DNA of 24,002 nucleotides, from NCBI GenBank assembly GCA_016840465.1, contig JAEOSH010000031.1, positions 1-24,002 on the forward strand. Reading direction: 5' to 3'. Below, in pieces: positions 19,211 to 24,002 of the stretch. The notes below the pieces were generated by a model. The model ran no database searches. It was not told where the DNA came from and saw only the letters and a program-made list of their open reading frames with translations. Numbering within the stretch: position 1 is the first letter of the stretch; every line of letters starts with the position of its first letter. A program made the translations under genes and the position numbers. The DNA is from Candidatus Baldrarchaeum yapensis. Its GTDB lineage: Archaea; Asgardarchaeota; Baldrarchaeia; Baldrarchaeales; Baldrarchaeaceae.

Positions 19211-20333
19211 AAAGTATAAGGAGGACATATACACATGTAACAGGACCAGATGTGGGTTCTGCAGGGATGGTTGCCCCGTTTACGAGGATATGCTCTTCGA
19301 GTCATACACGAGCAGGGGGAAGATGATACTCGCAAGAGCCTTCCTCGAGGGCGTCATAAAGCCGAGCGAGGAACTGATGAACGTACTTTACGCATGTACA
19401 ACTTGCGGATACTGTAAAGTGAGGTGCGCACTCGACACCGTCCGGATATTCGAAGCCTTTAGGGCCGAACTCGTCAACTTGGGCCTTAAGGATATGTATC
19501 ACGAGAGAGTCCTCCAGTTCATAAACGAGAATGGAAATCCGTACGGACGCGATAAAAAGGAACGTAGTGGGTGGGCTAACGGCATAAGATTTGACAATTC
19601 CTCCGATACTCTATTCTTCGCCGGATGCGGATACTCATACGAATTCCCGGATGCAATAAGGTGCGCGGCCCTCACGCTGATAAATGCAGGCGTCGAATTA
19701 AAATATCTAGGTGCCGAGGAGCCATGTTGCAACCACTTCTCAAAGACCACTGGGCATTGGGAAACGTTCACCGAGTACGTCAAGAAAAACTACAAAATGT
19801 TCAAATCGGAGGGTGTAAAAAGGATAATAACGAGTTGCCCCGCGTGCTTCAAGGCGTTCTCTCAAGAATACCCGGAGTTTCTGCCGGAGTTCGACATAGA
19901 GGTGCTCCATTATTCCCAGGTGCTTGTTAAACTCCTCGATGAGGGAAAGCTGAAGCCAAAGAACGAGATCAAAATGAAGGTGGCGTACCACGACCCCTGT
20001 CACCTCGGACGCCACATGAAGATCTTCGAAGAACCGCGTGAGATTCTTAACAAGATCCCCGGACTGGAAGTCATCGAGTTCGAAAGAAATCGCTACGAGT
20101 CCTACTGTTGTGGAGGCGGGGGAGGACTCTTTGCAACCAGACCCGATATCTCCATGAGAATCGCATACAGGAGAATTGCCGAGGTCGCCGATAGGGGAAT
20201 CGACGCCATAGTCACCATATGCCCCACCTGTGAGTCCATATTGAAAAGAGCGGTGGAGTATGAGGAGTTGAATATTAAGGTGCTGGATCTGGCGGAACTC
20301 GTGTACCAAAGTTGTATGAAAAAAGAGAAGTAG
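19197..20333 (+). CDS. GlcF/HdrD-like Fe-S protein with CCG domains
   Basis: CNRTRCGFCRDGCP, CTTCGYCKVRC, EPCC, SCPAC, YHDPCHLGR, CCGGGGG and ICPTC; overlaps the oxidoreductase stop. Confidence 0.9.
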   Translation: MVYLEKYKEDIYTCNRTRCGFCRDGCPVYEDMLFESYTSRGKMILARAFLEGVIKPSEELMNVLYACTTCGYCKVRCALDTVRIFEAFRAELVNLGLKDMYHERVLQFINENGNPYGRDKKERSGWANGIRFDNSSDTLFFAGCGYSYEFPDAIRCAALTLINAGVELKYLGAEEPCCNHFSKTTGHWETFTEYVKKNYKMFKSEGVKRIITSCPACFKAFSQEYPEFLPEFDIEVLHYSQVLVKLLDEGKLKPKNEIKMKVAYHDPCHLGRHMKIFEEPREILNKIPGLEVIEFERNRYESYCCGGGGGLFATRPDISMRIAYRRIAEVADRGIDAIVTICPTCESILKRAVEYEELNIKVLDLAELVYQSCMKKEK

Positions 20334-20358
20334 CAAACCGTGTCAAACACTTTTTCGA

Positions 20359-21026
20359 TCAGAAACCCTGTCTGCGCTCTAGAAACTTCTCGACAATCTC
20401 AGGTATGATCTTCTCCTGGGCCTCTAATACCTCCTTTTCGTGAAACGCCATGATGTGCCTGGGATACACCTTATCCGACACCACAAGCACCGCCGCGCAC
20501 TCCACTCCGTAATATTTGCACAGCGCAAAGACGCTGCCCGCCTCCATCTCCACGCACTTGACATTCCACCTCTCGTGGTACTCCCTTAACTTCCATAACA
20601 CCTCACGATACGGCGTCGCAATAGTCCATACCCTGCCCATATGAACACGTCGCCCCAAAGAACGAATCACGCTAACGAACTTCTCCACCAAATCGGCACT
20701 GGGACTTATCTCAACTCCATACGGCACATAGTGCTAGGCGAGTCCCTCCTCACAGATAGCCCCCGTGGGAACAGCGAAATCCCTTGGGCCCACATCCTCA
20801 CCAACTCCACCGCATAACCCGAAAAATAACACTATCTTTACCCTGTTTAGTGATAGCACCTCCTCGAGAACACCAACCTCGCTGGAACCTACGCCTATGC
20901 GCATTATCGACAGGGGGACACCTGAAACCTCCGCGACATGCAATCCCCACTTCTCCCCGGCCTCATATATCCAATTCGTCACAGGCCTCGCGCTCCACCC
21001 CTTTATAAAAGCCTCATGGATACGCC
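20359..21026 (-). pseudogene. Nucleoside phosphorylase (PNP_UDP_1 family), 3' part, with internal TAG at 20734-20736
   Basis: GLCGG, EEGLA*HY, VEMEAG and VVSD motifs; the two track ORFs are in frame across a single TAG. Confidence 0.85.
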
Positions 21027-21078
21027 GCGCGAAACAGTTAAATAATAAGTGAGTCTTTGTGTATATTAGTGAGCAAAT

Positions 21079-21687
21079 ATGGAACGACTGTACACACTCA
21101 AGGAAGCCTCGAAACTGCTTGGCGTTCATGTGAAGACGATACAAAAGTGGGATCGAGAGGGAAAAATACGGTGTGTTCGCACTCCCGGCGGTAGGCGTAG
21201 GGTTCCCGAGTCCGAGATAAGGCGAATTCTTGGAATTCAGGAGAAAAGGAAGATTGTTGGCTATGCAAGAGTTTCATCGCGAACCCAAAAAGACGACCTA
21301 GAGAGGCAAGTCGAACTCATAAGAAGCTACGCGAAAGAAAGAGGGTGGGAGATTGAGATACTCAAGGATGTGGGCTCAGGACTTAAGGAGGATAGGAGGA
21401 ACTTCCTGAAGTTACTGAGGATGGTGATGAACAGGGAGGTTTCCAAGGTCATTGTTGCGTATCCCGATAGGCTCACGAGGTTTGGGTTCAAAATTTTAGA
21501 GGAGTTTTTCAAAAGCTACGGCACGGAGATCATCGTAATTAACAGGGAAGAAAAGAGTCCACAGCAAGAACTGATCGAGGATCTGATCACAATAATTTCC
21601 CACTTTGCCGGGAAGCTTTACGGCATGCGGTCACACAAGTACAAGAAGGTGGTGGAGGGTGCAAAGCGTCTCATTGCTGACCCGTGA
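21079..21687 (+). CDS. tnpA: IS607 serine recombinase/transposase
   Basis: N-terminal MerR-like HTH ([24 protein letters not shown]...TPGGRRR), YARVSS catalytic Ser, [16 protein letters not shown] and [10 protein letters not shown]. Confidence 0.95.
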   Translation: MERLYTLKEASKLLGVHVKTIQKWDREGKIRCVRTPGGRRRVPESEIRRILGIQEKRKIVGYARVSSRTQKDDLERQVELIRSYAKERGWEIEILKDVGSGLKEDRRNFLKLLRMVMNREVSKVIVAYPDRLTRFGFKILEEFFKSYGTEIIVINREEKSPQQELIEDLITIISHFAGKLYGMRSHKYKKVVEGAKRLIADP

Positions 21688-22687
21688 GGAAGTGCGGGCG
21701 TATTCCGTCCCCTTCGAAGACGAGAGGATAAAGAACTTAATTACGTGGTACAAGGTAATGTTGCAGAGGGCAATTGATGTAATTTGGGAGAACATCACTT
21801 GGAAGTACGACTTCAAGAAGTTCAGAAAGCGAAAACACGTCAAGTTTAGGGTTCCCGTTCTTCCAAAAAGCAAGGAGTTCAAGAAACGACTCAGGGACGT
21901 ACTAATGCGAGAGAACCCGTATGCCGCGCACTGGGTGGACGCAGTGATAAGAACCGCGTACAGCATAATGAATTCTTGGAGAAAGCGATACGTCAAGGGC
22001 AAGGCACGGAAAAAGAAACCAATCGTCGGTAGAAGGTTTGCAAGGTGCAAGATAACATTGATGAAGGTGGATTACGAGCGCAAAGTCATACGGATAACGC
22101 TAAGACCGAGAGAGCACATAGAGGTATGCTATGGGAATACGTGGTTCCACAAAAGAGTCGAGGGGTGGCGCGTCGGTGAGGTGGTTCTAAAGGACGACAG
22201 AATAATAATTCCGTTCAAGAGGGAGCGGGTACATGCAATAGAGCACGAGATAGCGTGGGACTGCAACGAGTTGACGATAGACGGATTTTCACCAACCATC
22301 GGGTTTGTGCGCGTGGATTTGAAGCCCCTAATAACCGAGAGGATAGTTTATCAGACGAAAAGATCTAGGATACAGGCGCTGATGTGTAAGAAGACCAAGA
22401 GAGGAAGAGAGTTGTGGCAAAAGTACCACAGGAAGGAGAGGAACGTGTGCCGACAGATAGAAAGGGCAATTGCGAGGAGCATTGTTGAGACATTTCCAAA
22501 TGCATTGCACATATTTGAGGAGTTGAACAAGGAGAAGATGATAAGGAAGAAAAAGGATGGTGAGGAAAGCAAACCGAAATTCTTGAGGAAAAGGGTGGCG
22601 AGGGTCAGTTGGGCGAACATTCGGAGGGAGGTCGAGCAGAGGGCGGTTGTTCAGAAGGTTGATCCGTATCTTACCTCAAAGACCTGC

Positions 22688-23474
22688 TCAAGATACATGG
22701 TTGGAGGTATAAGTCTATGAAGTACGTAAGAAAGTTGCCATTAGAGGAGAGGATGAAGTTGTATCATCAAGCACTAGAACTCAGAAGAAGAGGAGTTCCC
22801 ATAAAGACGATAGCCAAGACCTTAGGAATTAGTAGGAAAACTGTAGAGAGTTGGATCTATAAAGGGTGTAAACCAGATACAAGGGTATATAGTGTTAGAC
22901 TGACCTCCTCAAAGGAGTTGGCATATATATTAGGTCTCTTTCTCGGTGATGGTACGGTTACAAAGCATTCATCAAAAAAGAAGGATAAAGTAGTGGTCAT
23001 ACGGACTAAATATTCAAATCATGCAATCAAAATATCAGAAACTCTGAGGAAATTAGGTCTCAACCCCAGTATTTATCTCGATAGAAAATCAAAGTACAAT
23101 AAGAGGTGGAACGACTTATATGCAGTCAGGGTCTTCTCAAGGAGATTTGTTGAATTTATCGAATCAGTAACCGCAAGCAAAATCAGGGAAATGATAAGGG
23201 GTCATGAAATAGATTTTCTTCGTGGTTTTTATGAGGCAGAGGGTTCTCTAAGCTATAACAAGAGAATAAAGCAACTTCATATCCGTATTACTAATACTAA
23301 CTACGAATATATGGAGTTGGTAAGAGATATCCTTCAGTTAATTGGATTTAACGTTAATGTAAGGAGACGTAGAGGTACAAAGAAACCAGCTTATGAAATA
23401 GAATTGACAGGGAATAATATTTGTCGAAGATTTCTTAAAATAGTTAATCCGCTAATCAAGAATGAAATCAAGAT
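22688..23474 (+). mobile_element. AT-rich homing-endonuclease cassette bounded by TCAAGAT direct repeats
   Basis: Repeats at 22688-22694 and 23468-23474, 780 bp apart. Sampled lines of the cassette are about 30-43% GC; sampled tnpB lines are about 40-58%. Confidence 0.85.
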
Positions 23475-23490
23475 GCGGGTTTGTGGTTAA
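22717..23490 (+). CDS. LAGLIDADG homing endonuclease (two motifs) with N-terminal HTH
   Basis: HTH GVPIKTIAKTLGISRKTVESW; motifs LAYILGLFLGDG and FLRGFYEAEGS; GGAGGT SD at 22703-22708. Confidence 0.9.
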   Translation: MKYVRKLPLEERMKLYHQALELRRRGVPIKTIAKTLGISRKTVESWIYKGCKPDTRVYSVRLTSSKELAYILGLFLGDGTVTKHSSKKKDKVVVIRTKYSNHAIKISETLRKLGLNPSIYLDRKSKYNKRWNDLYAVRVFSRRFVEFIESVTASKIREMIRGHEIDFLRGFYEAEGSLSYNKRIKQLHIRITNTNYEYMELVRDILQLIGFNVNVRRRRGTKKPAYEIELTGNNICRRFLKIVNPLIKNEIKMRVCG

Positions 23491-23639
23491 AGACCTGAGA
23501 GGACAGGTCTTTGCGTGCCCAAATGCGGGTTGGTTGTCGACAGGCAGAAGAACGCGTGCGTCAACATCTATCTCAGGATGAAGGGCTTTCCCCACGACAG
23601 TGAGTGGTGGGAGCAGGTTGTGAGACCGCTCCTCAACCA

Positions 23640-23776
23640 CGAGTCGTGGGTGGGGTTGCCCGGATCGGGGCGGAGACCGATGATATGTCCCCCGGTGAAA
23701 GGGGGACTGAGGTTGGTGAAGCCCAAGGCACATGTCCGCACACAACCGCTCGCAAACGCGGACATGTGCTGAACCC
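23640..23776 (+). ncRNA. Putative TnpB omega-RNA scaffold / IS right end
   Basis: Overlaps the tnpB 3' end. Stem 23687-23693/23701-23707 and a perfect 12-bp terminal stem 23728-23739/23758-23769 just inside the junction. The 5' boundary is approximate. Confidence 0.65.
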
Positions 23777-23846
23777 TTATCGGCGTTACCAGGAAAACTT
23801 CATGCACCTCGAAATCCTCTACCCCTATTCCTTTCCTTTCAGCCAT
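23775..23846 (-). pseudogene. Nucleoside phosphorylase, 5' part separated by the IS607 element
   Basis: MAERKGIGVEDFEVHEVFLVTPIR joins RIHEAF in frame; the restored ORF is 738 nt. Confidence 0.8.
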
Positions 23847-23860
23847 ATATTTTATCCAGT

Positions 23861-24002
23861 GGTTGCCCGTGCGTTATCTTTTGGAAACTAAGGGTATTTT
23901 GGGAACCCGCACGGGCTTCCCCCTCGGCCGCCTCATCCCCTCGGCGGCCCATCGGGGGCCACATCGACGGGCACCACGGGGCCCGCCTCACGTGCGATCC
24001 GC
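23861..24002 (-). ncRNA. 3' part of another omega-RNA-like element, running off the right edge
   Basis: Perfect 9-bp stem 23864-23872/23908-23916, 7-bp stem 23926-23932/23943-23949, and the 11-mer CATCGACGGGC shared with 10181-10191. Confidence 0.45.

Larger units (their letters stand above)
21659..23772 (+). pseudogene. tnpB: TnpB interrupted by a 780-bp insertion and a 1-nt frameshift near 23518-23523
   Basis: RuvC-I AWDCNE, RuvC-II IFEEL, YLTSKTCSR|insert|CGFVVKDLRGQVFACP/KCGLVVDRQKNACVNI. Reconstructed length about 444 aa. Confidence 0.9.
21025..23776 (+). mobile_element. IS607-family insertion sequence (tnpA + tnpB), about 2.75 kb
   Basis: Both junctions carry CC (21025-21026 and 23775-23776). 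Joining the flanks through one CC restores the phosphorylase frame (TPIR|RIHEAF). No TSD or terminal inverted repeats. Confidence 0.9.

Noticed and set aside
20700-20745. GCAC-TAT-GTGC mini-hairpin beside the amber codon as a second intron
   Set aside because: No central helix forms, and the family pattern needs no deletion here.
22688-23474. HEG cassette as a canonical BHB intron, group I intron or intein
   Set aside because: All eight registers give at most 2 of 4 central-helix pairs and no inner stem. There is no room for a ribozyme core. The ORF is out of frame with tnpB and lacks intein termini.
23861-24002. tRNA, SRP RNA, RNase P RNA or rRNA
   Set aside because: No cloverleaf/T-loop, SRP helix 8 or RNase P P4 consensus is visible.
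1-24002. CRISPR array; the many short antisense or overlapping ORFs in the track
   Set aside because: No regularly spaced repeats were seen. The extra ORFs are shadows of the genes called above and carry no motifs.

Overview
Archaeal chromosomal window, roughly 45-50% GC by eye. GGTGA/GGAGG Shine-Dalgarno motifs, TATA/BRE promoters and PaREP1, DUF2283, DUF166 and NcsA genes point to a probably thermophilic archaeon; the lineage cannot be assigned from the sequence. Left part: radical SAM (runs off the edge), NUDIX, ceramidase-like, uppP, DUF389, ATP-grasp, ncsA and a frameshifted membrane protein. Middle: accessory patch (DUF3800-like, two divergent DUF2283 genes, structured non-coding elements, ATPase, PaREP1), plus a class V PLP enzyme, Zn-ribbon-tmk, DUF166, and an Lrp-larE-(retropepsin-like)-FAD oxidoreductase-CCG Fe-S cluster. 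Right part: a nucleoside phosphorylase gene split by an IS607 element (tnpA+tnpB). Three observations stand out. (1) A 30-nt hairpin with an in-frame stop and bulge-helix-bulge geometry sits inside the GlcD-like gene; removing it at the predicted cut sites restores the conserved motif, so it is a candidate mRNA intron. (2) A 780-bp AT-rich HTH-LAGLIDADG cassette flanked by a 7-bp direct repeat is inserted in the TnpB zinc finger. (3) Two further elements resembling the TnpB omega-RNA lie apart from this tnpB, one with its own promoter. All calls come from manual motif reading; no database searches were run.
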